Shown piece after piece: positions 38,741 to 47,646 of a DNA stretch of 64,000 nt (its first letter is position 1; each line of letters opens with the position of its first letter). Made by a program: the position numbers and the translations under genes. The stretch spans positions 25,144 to 89,143 of the forward strand of contig CACYRP010000001.1 of the NCBI GenBank assembly GCA_902776765.1, given 5' to 3'. Below the pieces are notes generated by a model. It was not told the DNA's origin. It ran no database searches and saw only the letters and a list, made by a program, of their open reading frames with translations. The stretch is from Fibrobacter succinogenes (GTDB lineage Bacteria > Fibrobacterota > Fibrobacteria > Fibrobacterales > Fibrobacteraceae).

Positions 38741-38820
38741 GACTAATGCGTCCGGCGAATATCGCAATCAAGCTTGCTTGGGCATGATCGAGCCTAGCAT
38801 TTGGGACTTGTCCAAAGACG
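38741..38820. repeat. family D intergenic element, copy 2
   Basis: GCGAATATCGC-[CAAGCTTG-centred palindrome]-GGCATGATCGAGCCTAG..TTGGGACTTGTCCAAAG. Compare 2861-2950. Confidence 0.7.
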
Positions 38821-38847
38821 AACGAATTGGTTCGTAACTACTGAACG

Positions 38848-39057
38848 CTAGAAAATCAAGTTGTTGATGGTGAGGCCGGCGAAGAAGATAATCAAATAGC
38901 CGTACCAGAGTCCGGTCGGGACGTAGTTCAGTATGCGCTTGTACTTTTTCGGTTCATCCTTATTCTTATCCTTGATGCGGATAATGTTTTTCTTGAGATA
39001 AAAACCGCAGAGCGCAAGCCCGCCGATGCTGATAAGAATGAGAAGTACGTATGCCAT
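38848..39057 (-). CDS. small two-TM membrane protein
   Basis: 69 aa. Helices VLLILISIGGLALCGFYL and LWYGYLIIFFAGLTI separated by a Lys-rich loop. Confidence 0.45.
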   Translation of the reverse strand: MAYVLLILISIGGLALCGFYLKKNIIRIKDKNKDEPKKYKRILNYVPTGLWYGYLIIFFAGLTINNLIF

Positions 39058-39070
39058 GATTTAAATATAG

Positions 39071-39110
39071 TATTTAGAACTTAGAACTTAGAGCTTAGAA
39101 CTTAGAAAAG
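39071..39110. repeat. CTTAGAA heptamer array, second locus
   Basis: TATTTAGAACTTAGAACTTAGAGCTTAGAACTTAGAAAAGG is near-identical to the array at 10793-10826. Confidence 0.75.
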
Positions 39111-39243
39111 GTTTTATTTTTGAGTGCTTTGGACCATAGTATTGACGTATAAATGCCCAAAGTGTGATATGTACCCATGAACGTGATGTAGGACAAACCA
39201 CAGTGCAAAGTGGTTTGACGACTTTTTCTAAAAATGTTACTTT

Positions 39244-40179
39244 ATGAGTATGAACCGCTTACTTTTTGCTATCTTAATATTTTTCCTTTCCATAAATGCA
39301 TCGGCAGCCTTTGTAGCTGTGCTTGAAACGGCGGCGGATGGCAGTGCCAAGGATAGTGTGTCGTTTTTGGACCGTCAGTACCTTACGAATGTGTTGCGAG
39401 AGCAAGCCGTTAAGGAACTCCCGGCGGTGCAGAATTACACCATCATGACTCGTGAAAACATCCAGCAGATGTTGCCACCGAGCAAGGCTCTTGAAGACTG
39501 CGAAGGGAGCTGCCTTGTAGAAACGGGCAAGAATATTGCCGCCGATTATGTTTGTCAAGCCCGCGTGGGTCGCTTCGGGACTTCGCTTACGCTCTCGGCG
39601 GAACTCTACGAAACTGCAGGGAACAAGCTCATTGCGAGTTTTAACGGGCGCGGTTCAGACGTGAATGAACTTTTGGCTGTTATTGAAGCGAAGGCTCCTG
39701 AATTTTTCCATAGCGTTAAAGAATTGGAAATGTTCAAAAGAGGTAAGGCAGAAACTTCTGTAGTTAAAGAACCGGTGGTGGCTGATTCAAGTGTAGCTCC
39801 GTTGCCAGATTCGGCGCAAACAAAAATTTCTGTTGTTGAGACTCCGCTTGCCCCAAAAACAGAAGCGGTGAGCGAAAATAAAGTTGGTGAAAGTATCCCC
39901 GCGAATGTTGGGTCGCAGGCTCCGGCGAAGGAAAAGTCTGCAAAGAAAGGCATCCGTTGGGTGCCGTTGAGCATCGGAGCTGCCGCGACGGTGACCGGTG
40001 TTGTGCTTGCCGTGGTCGGAAACAGCAAGGCGAAGAATGCTTCCGAGAAAAAGTATTCGACTGAAGCTGAATACAAGAAGAATCATGACGATGCCAAATC
40101 TGGACAGACTTTGCGTGGCGTGGGTATTGGTATTGCGATTGCCGGTGCTGTTGGTATTGGGCTTAGCTTTGCGTTCTAG
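39244..40179 (+). CDS. paralogous-family secreted/C-terminally anchored protein (copy A)
   Basis: 311 aa. Signal peptide, VAVLET..DRQYLTNVLRE..NYTIMTRENI..EDCEGSCLVETGKNIAADYVCQARV, and a C-terminal GVGIGIAIAGAVGIGLSFAF helix. About 75% identical over some 135 aa to 58919..59779. Confidence 0.6.
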   Translation: MSMNRLLFAILIFFLSINASAAFVAVLETAADGSAKDSVSFLDRQYLTNVLREQAVKELPAVQNYTIMTRENIQQMLPPSKALEDCEGSCLVETGKNIAADYVCQARVGRFGTSLTLSAELYETAGNKLIASFNGRGSDVNELLAVIEAKAPEFFHSVKELEMFKRGKAETSVVKEPVVADSSVAPLPDSAQTKISVVETPLAPKTEAVSENKVGESIPANVGSQAPAKEKSAKKGIRWVPLSIGAAATVTGVVLAVVGNSKAKNASEKKYSTEAEYKKNHDDAKSGQTLRGVGIGIAIAGAVGIGLSFAF

Positions 40180-40190
40180 GAGGGGATTAT

Positions 40191-40290
40191 GTTAGACGAG
40201 AGACGAAAGACTAGAGACGAGAGAACGGGTGAAACTTTACAGATGAAATACGAGAGAAAAAACGTCATTGCGAGCGTAGCGAAGCAATCT
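40191..40290 (+). repeat. family C element plus GTCATTGCGAGC..GAAGCAATC unit, overlapping the 5' end of the next CDS
   Basis: TTAGACGAGAGACGAAAGACTAGAGACGAGAGAAC..TACAGATGA starts 11 nt after the upstream stop. It is followed by GTCATTGCGAGCGTAGCGAAGCAATC. Confidence 0.65.
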
Positions 40291-42099
40291 ATAATTATTT
40301 TATCCGTAGCGTCTTTCTTTTCCGCTTGTACAGATTATGCCTCGCAAATGGAAGATGATTTTGGGGAATGGAAAAAAACGCATTCGGAAATTGAATCAGA
40401 CGAATCTTCGTCTAGTGTAAAATCGAATGGCTCTAGTGCAGACTATGATTGCTCTGTGTCGAATGGCGTGAAAGTTGTTTATCCTGCTGGGGGCGAAAAA
40501 TTCAAGGTTGGACAAACGATTGATGTTGTGTTTGGTACATCTGTGGAGGATAATGGCTATCGCATCATTTTCAAGAAAAATACTAGTGATGCAGGTGCGG
40601 ACTTGCTCGACGAATTCTTCGATTTGAATGGCCCGGCCGATGGCAAAACTTGTTATACGGTAAAGGTCAAGCTCTCTGGCAGCGTGGGCGTAGAACCGAC
40701 TATGCATGGCATTATCCGCGTTGCTCCGTACAATAGGCAGAACAAGGGTGCGAGCTCGAAAGAATTTGTGGTTGAAAAAGAATTAAATGAAGAACCTTCA
40801 TCGTCATCAATAGAGTCTTCTTCGTCGGTAAAGGGAACATCGTCTTCTGCGGTTGTTTCGTCATCTTCAGTAAGTAGCTCTTCGATAATAACATTGGCAT
40901 CTGGCGCTGTTGTCCAAAAAGATGTTTCGCTTTATTGGGATGATTATTCGGAATCATATGATATTGTTACGATTGGTTCTCAGACATGGATGGCAGAAAA
41001 TCTTTATTCTCAATATATGTCTCCTTACTGTTTCCAGAATCGAACAGACTATTGCGAAATGTATGGTCGGCTTTATACGTTCAGTTTGACGGAGGATGCT
41101 TGCCCTGATGGATGGCATGTGCCGGATACGACGGACTGGAAAATTTTACTTGAAGTCGTTGGTAATAAATCTGCTAAAAAGCTCAAGTCTGAACAGTGGG
41201 CGGGGTCGGATGAATTCGGATTTGGAGTTCTTCCTGCTGGCTCTGGCAAAGTTAGTGATGATTGGAAACAGAGTTACGATGCCTCAGAATCATGTTTCTG
41301 GACTAGTAGCGAAACAGATGGAGAAAATGTGGCTGTTCTGTGTTTCTCTTCCGATGAAAACGAGGCTAAGTGGCAGAAAAGGTCAAAAACGTCCTTGTAT
41401 TCTATTCGCTGCATTAAGGGCGAAAAAAAGATGGATCCCAAGTCGTCAAGCAGTTCAGTGCAGTCCTCTTCGTCATTCTCTGTCTCGAAGCTGTCCGCAA
41501 CGATTCTTGGCGACTCCTACTCGATTGTCGATTACAATGCCGAGGAGGGGAATATGAATCTTCATCAAAAATGGATGGCGGAAAACTTGCAGTATTGGAA
41601 TGATAGTTTTACATCAACAGAAAAGACGTGCTTTGATGATTATTACGCTTATGATTATGACAATGGCGTTGATTTTTGCGAAAAGTATGGCCGCTATTAT
41701 AATGCAGAGGAGGCTCTTTTCATCCATAGGTTGTCAACGAATCCGAATGATTGCTGGGTCTTGCCGGACTCGCAAGAAGTTAAGGGACTGATAGGTATTG
41801 TTGGTAAAGATGTGAAGAAACTTTATTCTGAAGAAATGGGTGGGGACAACGAATCTAAGTTTAATCTTCTCCCAGCCGGTTACTACGATCGTGAAGCTGT
41901 GTTTTTGAGTTTGACGGGCAATAAAAAACTTAAAACCTGTTTCTGGATAAGGTTAGATAGTCCGAGTAATCCAAGTAAATTGGCCGCTTACTGCTTCTAT
42001 GAAGATGGTAAGGCGGCGGTTGAGATGACGGATGAAGTAAGAAAAGCTCGTTTACCCATTCGCCTTATTTACGATAGGAATTTCTGCCTTACGCATTGA
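40243..42099 (+). CDS. FISUMP (TIGR02145) domain lipoprotein with novel N-terminal domain
   Basis: I start at MKYERKNVIASVAKQSIIILSVASFFSAC (lipobox). N-domain DYDCSVSNGVKVVYP..IIRVAPYNRQNKG. Ser-rich linkers. Two WMAENL-containing domains. Confidence 0.75.
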   Translation: MKYERKNVIASVAKQSIIILSVASFFSACTDYASQMEDDFGEWKKTHSEIESDESSSSVKSNGSSADYDCSVSNGVKVVYPAGGEKFKVGQTIDVVFGTSVEDNGYRIIFKKNTSDAGADLLDEFFDLNGPADGKTCYTVKVKLSGSVGVEPTMHGIIRVAPYNRQNKGASSKEFVVEKELNEEPSSSSIESSSSVKGTSSSAVVSSSSVSSSSIITLASGAVVQKDVSLYWDDYSESYDIVTIGSQTWMAENLYSQYMSPYCFQNRTDYCEMYGRLYTFSLTEDACPDGWHVPDTTDWKILLEVVGNKSAKKLKSEQWAGSDEFGFGVLPAGSGKVSDDWKQSYDASESCFWTSSETDGENVAVLCFSSDENEAKWQKRSKTSLYSIRCIKGEKKMDPKSSSSSVQSSSSFSVSKLSATILGDSYSIVDYNAEEGNMNLHQKWMAENLQYWNDSFTSTEKTCFDDYYAYDYDNGVDFCEKYGRYYNAEEALFIHRLSTNPNDCWVLPDSQEVKGLIGIVGKDVKKLYSEEMGGDNESKFNLLPAGYYDREAVFLSLTGNKKLKTCFWIRLDSPSNPSKLAAYCFYEDGKAAVEMTDEVRKARLPIRLIYDRNFCLTH

Positions 42100-42293
42100 T
42101 AAATTTTATACACTATCCAATAATTATCCCCTATTTTATATAATTACAGTTGCCTGAGTGCAAAAAAATTTCTCTATTTGTATCGGTTTTTAGACTGTTC
42201 GTGGATTTTTTCCGTTGAAACCCCGGATTTCGGTCCAAAAGGTTTCTGGAGAAGGTCCGTAAGCGAACGTCTATTTTAATATAAGAGGTTTAT

Positions 42294-42746
42294 TTGGTCG
42301 CCCAAGAAAAACTGAATTCTCTCATTGCCGACGCTTGCAAGTCTGCATCTGTGACGCTTGTAGAAGCTGATGTGTTCCGTGCCGGCAAGCGCAAGACATT
42401 GCGGATTTTTATCGACAAGCCCGAGGGGGTTACTATCGATGATTGCACGAGCGTGAGTCATTTCCTTTCGGATGCGCTGGACCTGGATCCCGAGTTGATC
42501 GAGGGCGCCTACACGCTTGAAGTCTCATCCCCGGGATTGGACCGCCCCCTCAAGTCTTTGGCGGATTTTAACCGCAACAAGGGCCGTCTGCTCCGCGTGA
42601 CCCGCTCGACGGGTAAGCCTGTGACTGGCGAACTTTTAGATGCCGACGAAGAAAATTTGAAGCTCAAGCTCAAGGGCAATGCCGGCGAAATCGTCATACC
42701 GAGGTCCGAGGTGCTTTCGGCCAAGGTCGAAGTAGAAATTAAATAG
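42294..42746 (+). CDS. rimP: ribosome maturation factor RimP
   Basis: 150 aa. LRIFIDKPEGVTIDDCTSVSHFLSDALD..YTLEVSSPGLDRPL. TTG start with AAGAGG upstream. Precedes nusA. Confidence 0.85.
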   Translation: MVAQEKLNSLIADACKSASVTLVEADVFRAGKRKTLRIFIDKPEGVTIDDCTSVSHFLSDALDLDPELIEGAYTLEVSSPGLDRPLKSLADFNRNKGRLLRVTRSTGKPVTGELLDADEENLKLKLKGNAGEIVIPRSEVLSAKVEVEIK

Positions 42747-42758
42747 GAAGGTCAACTT

Positions 42759-43970
42759 ATGAAGAACGAACCGAAAGTAAACTTGCTCGACGTGCTCAAG
42801 GAAGTCGTTGAAGACAAGAGTGTCGATGATTCCGTGATTTTGGACGCCCTCAAGAAGGCTCTTATTTCTGCGGCTCGCAAGTATCTGCACATCGAAAAGA
42901 AAATCAACGTCGATATCGACATGGAAACAAACGAAGTCCATGTGTTCTTGAACGTTGAAGTTGTCGATGACTATCCGGACTACGATCCGAACATGACTGC
43001 CGAAGAAGTTGCTGAAATGGATGAAGGCTACATGCTCGTTGATGAAGCTCGCGACTTTAACGAAGATGCTCAGGCAGGCGACAGCCTTTATATGGAACTC
43101 CCGACTTCCTCTTTTGGTCGTCAGGCCATCCAGACTGCAAAGCAGCTTTTGACACAGCATATCCGCAGCGCTGAATGCCAGCGCATTATGGATATTTACC
43201 GCAGCCGCATTGGTACGATCATTAACGGTACGGTTCTTCGTTTGGAACAACGTAACGTCATCGTTGACCTTGGCAACAAGATTGAAGCTGAACTCCCGGC
43301 TCGCGAACAGATCCCGCACGAACGCTTGACTCAGGGCGCTTCTGTGAAGGCCGTGATTGCCCGCGTCGAAGAATCGACAAAGAGCGGTGCTCAGGTTATT
43401 TTGTCCAGATCGAACGCAGACTTCCTCAAGGCTTTGCTCCGCCAGGAAGTTCCGGAAATCTACGAAGGCACTGTCGAAATCAAGGCTGTGGCTCGTGACT
43501 CCAAGAATCGTCGTGCAAAGATCGCTGTTTACTCTCGCGACGAAAAGATCGACCCGGTTGGCGCTTGCGTCGGCATGAAGGGTGCTCGCGTCCAGACGAT
43601 TGTTCGCGAACTTGGCAACGAACGTATCGACATCGTTCACTGGGACGAAAACTTCGACGTGTTCGTACAACGTTCTTTGGCTCCGGCATCTGTCCTCAAG
43701 ATGTTCCCGGTTCCGGATACAGATCGTATCGTGATTATTGTCGATGACGAAAACCTCGCTCAGGCTATCGGTAAGGGTGGCCAGAACGTGGAACTCGCTG
43801 GTCGTCTCGTAGATCGCAAGCTCGATGTTCACGGCGAACAGGAATGGTCTCAGATGGATGAAGAATCCAAGAACAGCATCCTCGCCGCAAACTATGAGGA
43901 TGAAAGAAGAATGAGAGCGAAGCGCATGGACGAAGACAGAAAGGCAAAGGCTGTCAAGGGTAACGCTTAA
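42759..43970 (+). CDS. nusA: transcription termination/antitermination factor NusA
   Basis: 403 aa with NusA N-domain, S1 and two KH regions (DPVGACVGMKGARVQTIVRELGNERIDIV, AIGKGGQNVELAGRL). Confidence 0.95.
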   Translation: MKNEPKVNLLDVLKEVVEDKSVDDSVILDALKKALISAARKYLHIEKKINVDIDMETNEVHVFLNVEVVDDYPDYDPNMTAEEVAEMDEGYMLVDEARDFNEDAQAGDSLYMELPTSSFGRQAIQTAKQLLTQHIRSAECQRIMDIYRSRIGTIINGTVLRLEQRNVIVDLGNKIEAELPAREQIPHERLTQGASVKAVIARVEESTKSGAQVILSRSNADFLKALLRQEVPEIYEGTVEIKAVARDSKNRRAKIAVYSRDEKIDPVGACVGMKGARVQTIVRELGNERIDIVHWDENFDVFVQRSLAPASVLKMFPVPDTDRIVIIVDDENLAQAIGKGGQNVELAGRLVDRKLDVHGEQEWSQMDEESKNSILAANYEDERRMRAKRMDEDRKAKAVKGNA

Positions 43971-44033
43971 AAACTTTTGCGCAGGGCAAATAGTTTAACG
44001 GAAGAATAAGAAAAGGAATTGAATAGGCTATTC

Positions 44034-47000
44034 ATGACGAATGAATCTCAAATGAAACCTAAGGATTGGGCTGACGCTCATGGATTGAAGGTTGATGTGG
44101 TGATGAAGCTGCTCCGCGATGCAGGCGTTGCAGTTCGTACCCATATGTCCAAATTGGATATGGCAGACTTTGAAAAGATTGAGGAGGCTGCCGCTGCCGA
44201 AAAACAGAAGCAGGATGCCCGCAACAAGAATCTGAAGAGGCCGACTGCTTCTGAAGCTGATTCTTCCGCTTCCGCTCCTGCAAAGAAGAAGGAAACGTCG
44301 GTTGCGACGAACAAGCTCGGCTTGAAGGTGAGCCTTAAGAAAGGCCCGGGCGCCCGCAAGGAAGCCCCGAAGGCTGTCGCAAAACAGGATCCGAAGTCCC
44401 CGATAGCAAAGCCCGCAGCTCCGACTTTTGTGAAGCCTGCTGCACCAGCTCCTGCTCAGGTCGCTCCGGCACCGAAGCCCGCTGCACCGGCTCCGGTTCA
44501 GGCGGCTCCCGCTCCTGCACCGGTCGCAAAACCGGCTGCTCCAGCAACACCTGCACCTGCAGCTGTTAAGCCCGCAGCTCCCGCTCCGGCCGCAAATCCG
44601 GCACCGAAGCCTGCGGCTCCCGCGCCTGCTCAAGCTGCTCCGGCAAAGCCTGCCGCTCCGGCATCTGCACCGGTTCCTCCGAAGCCTGCTGCTCCGGCTC
44701 CGGCCGCTGCAAAGCCCGCTGCTCCGCAGCCGACTATGATGTCTGCTTCTACAGAACTCAAGCAGCCGCCGATGAAGGCTCAGGTGTTCAAGCCCGATGC
44801 CGCTATTCTCGCTCGTATCGAAAAGTCTCGCCAGCAGGCTCAGGCCGCTCGCAACAACCATCGTCCGAATGGCGGTCGTGGTGGTAATGGCAATGGCCAG
44901 GGCTACACGGGTACGTTTGGCCGTCTTTCGAACAACGGCAACAACAACGGTTCCGATAACCGCAACAACAATAACAACAATCGTCGTCCCAACGGCGGTA
45001 ACGCTAGCAGCAGTAGCCGCGGCTATACCGGACGTAACGGCGGTTTCTCCAGCGGTTCCATGCAGGAAGCTTTTAACGCTTCCAACAACAACAATCAGGC
45101 TCTCGGCCAGAACCAGAATGGCAAGGGCAGTGGCAAGGGTCAGAATGGCCGCCATAACAACGACAAGAACCGTCGTAGCAATACTAAAGACCGTCAGGAA
45201 ATGCAGAAGGAACAGCAGCAGGAAGTCGTACGTCAGAACGTCTCCCGCGTGATGGCATCCCTCTCCAAGAACCCGGTCAAGAAAGTTTATCACAAGGAAC
45301 ATTCCGAAAACAACTCGGGTGAAGAAAAGAAGATCCTCAAGACTTCTGACTTCATTACCGTGGGCGAACTCGCAGGCCTCATGGACCAGATGCCGGCTCG
45401 CGTTATCGCGAAGTGCATGGAAATGGGCATGATGGTGACCATCAACGCTCGCCTTGATTTCGAAACGATCCAGATTTTGGCTGATGAATTCGGTTACGAA
45501 GCTCAGCTGATGGAAGAATACGAAGAAGAAGCTCTCGGCATCGAGGAAGAATCCCAGGAAAATCTCCAGCCGCGTCATCCGGTGGTTACCGTCATGGGCC
45601 ACGTTGACCACGGTAAGACTTCTCTCCTCGACTGGATTCGTAAGACCCACGTGGTGTCTGGCGAATCGGGTGGCATTACGCAGCACATCGGTGCATACGA
45701 AGTCACCACCAAGCAGGGCAAGGTTACCTTCCTCGATACTCCGGGTCACGAAGCCTTCAGTGCTATGCGTGCTCGCGGTTCCCAGGTGACCGACGTTATC
45801 GTTCTCGTTGTGGCTGCCGATTCCATGGTGATGCCGCAGACGGTTGAATGTATTGAACTTGCAAAGCGCGAAAACGTTCCGATGGTCGTTGCCATTACGA
45901 AGATGGACCTCCCGACCGCAAATCCGGACAAGATTCGCGCCCAACTCGCAGAACGCGGTGTTGAAGTCGAACAGTGGGGCGGTCAGACCAGCTGTATCGA
46001 AGTTTCTGCACGTACGGGTCAGGGCATGGATGTCCTCCTCGAAACGCTCGCTCTCGAAGCTGAAATTTTGGAACTCAAGGCCAACCCGGATACGCATGCC
46101 CGTGGCGCTGTCGTTGAATCCAAGCTCGACGTGGGTAAGGGTTCCATGGCTACGATTCTCGTGCAGAACGGTACGCTCCATGTGGGTGACCCGTTTGTTT
46201 GCGGTATCTACGCAGGTCGTGTCCGTGCCATGTTCAATGAACGTGGTGTCCAGTTGAAGGAAGTTCCGCCATCTGCTCCGTGCCAGGTGCTCGGCTTTGA
46301 CGGTACTCCGCAGGCTGGTGATGAACTTGTCGTGGTGGAAGACGAAAAGACCGCACGTGAAATTGCTTCTAAGCGCCGTATGGCTGCTCGTGAACGCGAT
46401 CTCCGCGCTCGTAAGACAGTGTCTCTCGAAAACTCCTTCAACGCGAAGAAGGAAGGTACGCTCTCCGAACTCAACCTCATCGTCAAGGCCGACGTGGGTG
46501 GTTCTGCAGAAGCTTTGGCCGCTTCCCTCGAAAAGCTTACCAACAAGGAAGTCCGCGTCAACATCATCCGCAAGGGTGTGGGTACGATTACGGAATCCGA
46601 TATCCTGTTTGCAACGACTGCACAGGCAATCATTATCTCCTTCCACCTTATGCCGTCTCTCGCTGTCCGCGAAATGGCACAGAAGGAAGGCATCGAAATC
46701 CGCAACTACCGCGTGATTTACGACTGCATTGAAGATATCAAGAACGCTGTGGAAGGCCTCCTCAAGCCGATTATGCGCGAAGAACTCGTTGGCGAAGCCG
46801 AAATCCGCCAGGTGTTCAAGGTCCCGAAGGTCGGTCTCATCGCTGGCTGTATGGTTACCGACGGCGAAGTCGACCGTACCTCTCACGTTCGCGTTTACCG
46901 CAATGGTGTGGAACTCGGTACGACCGCAGTCCAGTCTCTCAAGCGCATGAAGGACGACGTCAAGTCTGTCGCTCGTGGCTTCGAGTGCGGTATCGGCCTC

Positions 47001-47153
47001 AAGGGTTACGACGATATCAAGGAAGGCGACAGCCTCATCTTCTTCAAGGAAGTCAAGGTTGCCCGTACGTTGGAAGACGTTGCCCGCGAAGAAGCTGAAG
47101 AAAAGGCCAAGAAGGCCGCTGAAGAAGCTGCCGCAGCGAAGGAAGATAAATAG
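44034..47153 (+). CDS. infB: translation initiation factor IF-2 with very long low-complexity N-region
   Basis: G-domain GHVDHGKTSLLD, DTPGHEAF, NKMD-like TKMD. The N-terminal 400 aa or so hold Ala/Pro repeats (KPAAPAPA) and an Asn/Gly-rich tract. Start ambiguous (44019 TTG, 44034, 44052). Confidence 0.95.
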   Translation: MTNESQMKPKDWADAHGLKVDVVMKLLRDAGVAVRTHMSKLDMADFEKIEEAAAAEKQKQDARNKNLKRPTASEADSSASAPAKKKETSVATNKLGLKVSLKKGPGARKEAPKAVAKQDPKSPIAKPAAPTFVKPAAPAPAQVAPAPKPAAPAPVQAAPAPAPVAKPAAPATPAPAAVKPAAPAPAANPAPKPAAPAPAQAAPAKPAAPASAPVPPKPAAPAPAAAKPAAPQPTMMSASTELKQPPMKAQVFKPDAAILARIEKSRQQAQAARNNHRPNGGRGGNGNGQGYTGTFGRLSNNGNNNGSDNRNNNNNNRRPNGGNASSSSRGYTGRNGGFSSGSMQEAFNASNNNNQALGQNQNGKGSGKGQNGRHNNDKNRRSNTKDRQEMQKEQQQEVVRQNVSRVMASLSKNPVKKVYHKEHSENNSGEEKKILKTSDFITVGELAGLMDQMPARVIAKCMEMGMMVTINARLDFETIQILADEFGYEAQLMEEYEEEALGIEEESQENLQPRHPVVTVMGHVDHGKTSLLDWIRKTHVVSGESGGITQHIGAYEVTTKQGKVTFLDTPGHEAFSAMRARGSQVTDVIVLVVAADSMVMPQTVECIELAKRENVPMVVAITKMDLPTANPDKIRAQLAERGVEVEQWGGQTSCIEVSARTGQGMDVLLETLALEAEILELKANPDTHARGAVVESKLDVGKGSMATILVQNGTLHVGDPFVCGIYAGRVRAMFNERGVQLKEVPPSAPCQVLGFDGTPQAGDELVVVEDEKTAREIASKRRMAARERDLRARKTVSLENSFNAKKEGTLSELNLIVKADVGGSAEALAASLEKLTNKEVRVNIIRKGVGTITESDILFATTAQAIIISFHLMPSLAVREMAQKEGIEIRNYRVIYDCIEDIKNAVEGLLKPIMREELVGEAEIRQVFKVPKVGLIAGCMVTDGEVDRTSHVRVYRNGVELGTTAVQSLKRMKDDVKSVARGFECGIGLKGYDDIKEGDSLIFFKEVKVARTLEDVAREEAEEKAKKAAEEAAAAKEDK

Positions 47154-47292
47154 GTAATAGGGATTAGGTAATAGGGATTAGGTAAAATACATGCACTTTG
47201 GGTGTCCGTAATGGACGGCGGAGCCGTGTTAATTTTCCTATAGCCTACCTCCTATAACCTACAACCTACAACCTACAACCTAAAACCTAATA
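47154..47292. repeat. family B composite imperfect palindrome inside the infB-rbfA junction
   Basis: GTAATAGGGATTAGGTAATAGGGATTAGGTAAAA - core ..GGACGGCGGAGCCGTG.. - CCTATAGCCTACCTCCTATAACCTACAACCTACAACCTACAACCTAAAACCTAA. Confidence 0.7.
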
Positions 47293-47646
47293 ATGACTAG
47301 AAGAACCGATAGATTAGGCGAACAATTCCGCGAGGAAATCGGAAAGCTCATCCAGAAGGGCTTGAAGGATCCGCGCGTGAGTTCTCTCGCGAGCATTACC
47401 CGTGTGGATATTACCGAAGACCTGAGCTATGCAAAGGCCCTCGTCTCGGTGATGGGTTCCGATAAAGAAAAGCGCGATACGCTTGTCGGGCTCAACAATT
47501 CCGCCGGCTTTATTCGTGGCGTCTTGGGCAAGTCCTTGAAAATTTTCAAGGTTCCGGAACTCAAGTTCGTTCTTGATGAAAATCTCGAACATGCCATGCA
47601 CATCGAAGAAATCCTTGCAGAACTGAAGCAGAAAGGGGAACTTTAA
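47293..47646 (+). CDS. rbfA: ribosome-binding factor A
   Basis: 117 aa. RLGEQFREEIGKLIQKGLKDPRV..ITRVDITEDLSYAKALVSV. Confidence 0.9.
   Translation: MTRRTDRLGEQFREEIGKLIQKGLKDPRVSSLASITRVDITEDLSYAKALVSVMGSDKEKRDTLVGLNNSAGFIRGVLGKSLKIFKVPELKFVLDENLEHAMHIEEILAELKQKGEL

Noticed and set aside
40189-40242. N-terminal extension MLDERRKTRDERTGETLQ of the FISUMP lipoprotein
   Set aside because: It is encoded by the family C repeat. A plausible lipoprotein signal peptide starts at the next Met (40243).
42636-43832. 398-aa minus ORF, and similar antisense ORFs at 11473-12507, 12866-13780, 23381-24283, 7831-8634, 36911-37675, 60203-60949 and 61739-62506
   Set aside because: Each lies opposite a confidently identified plus-strand gene (nusA, hisF, tldD, the IMPase gene, the TIGR02147/lipoprotein pair, a lipoprotein, moxR, DUF58). 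All have shadow-frame composition.
44028-46886. 952-aa ORF on the minus strand
   Set aside because: It is antisense to infB. It is a low-complexity Arg/Ser/Cys-rich translation of the Ala/Pro repeat DNA, with no domain signatures.
47154-47292. Heptamer arrays (here and at 9901, 10793, 21415, 39071) as CRISPR arrays
   Set aside because: The units are only about 7 nt and directly abutting, with no spacers. No cas genes are present. They are short tandem or inverted repeats, not CRISPR.
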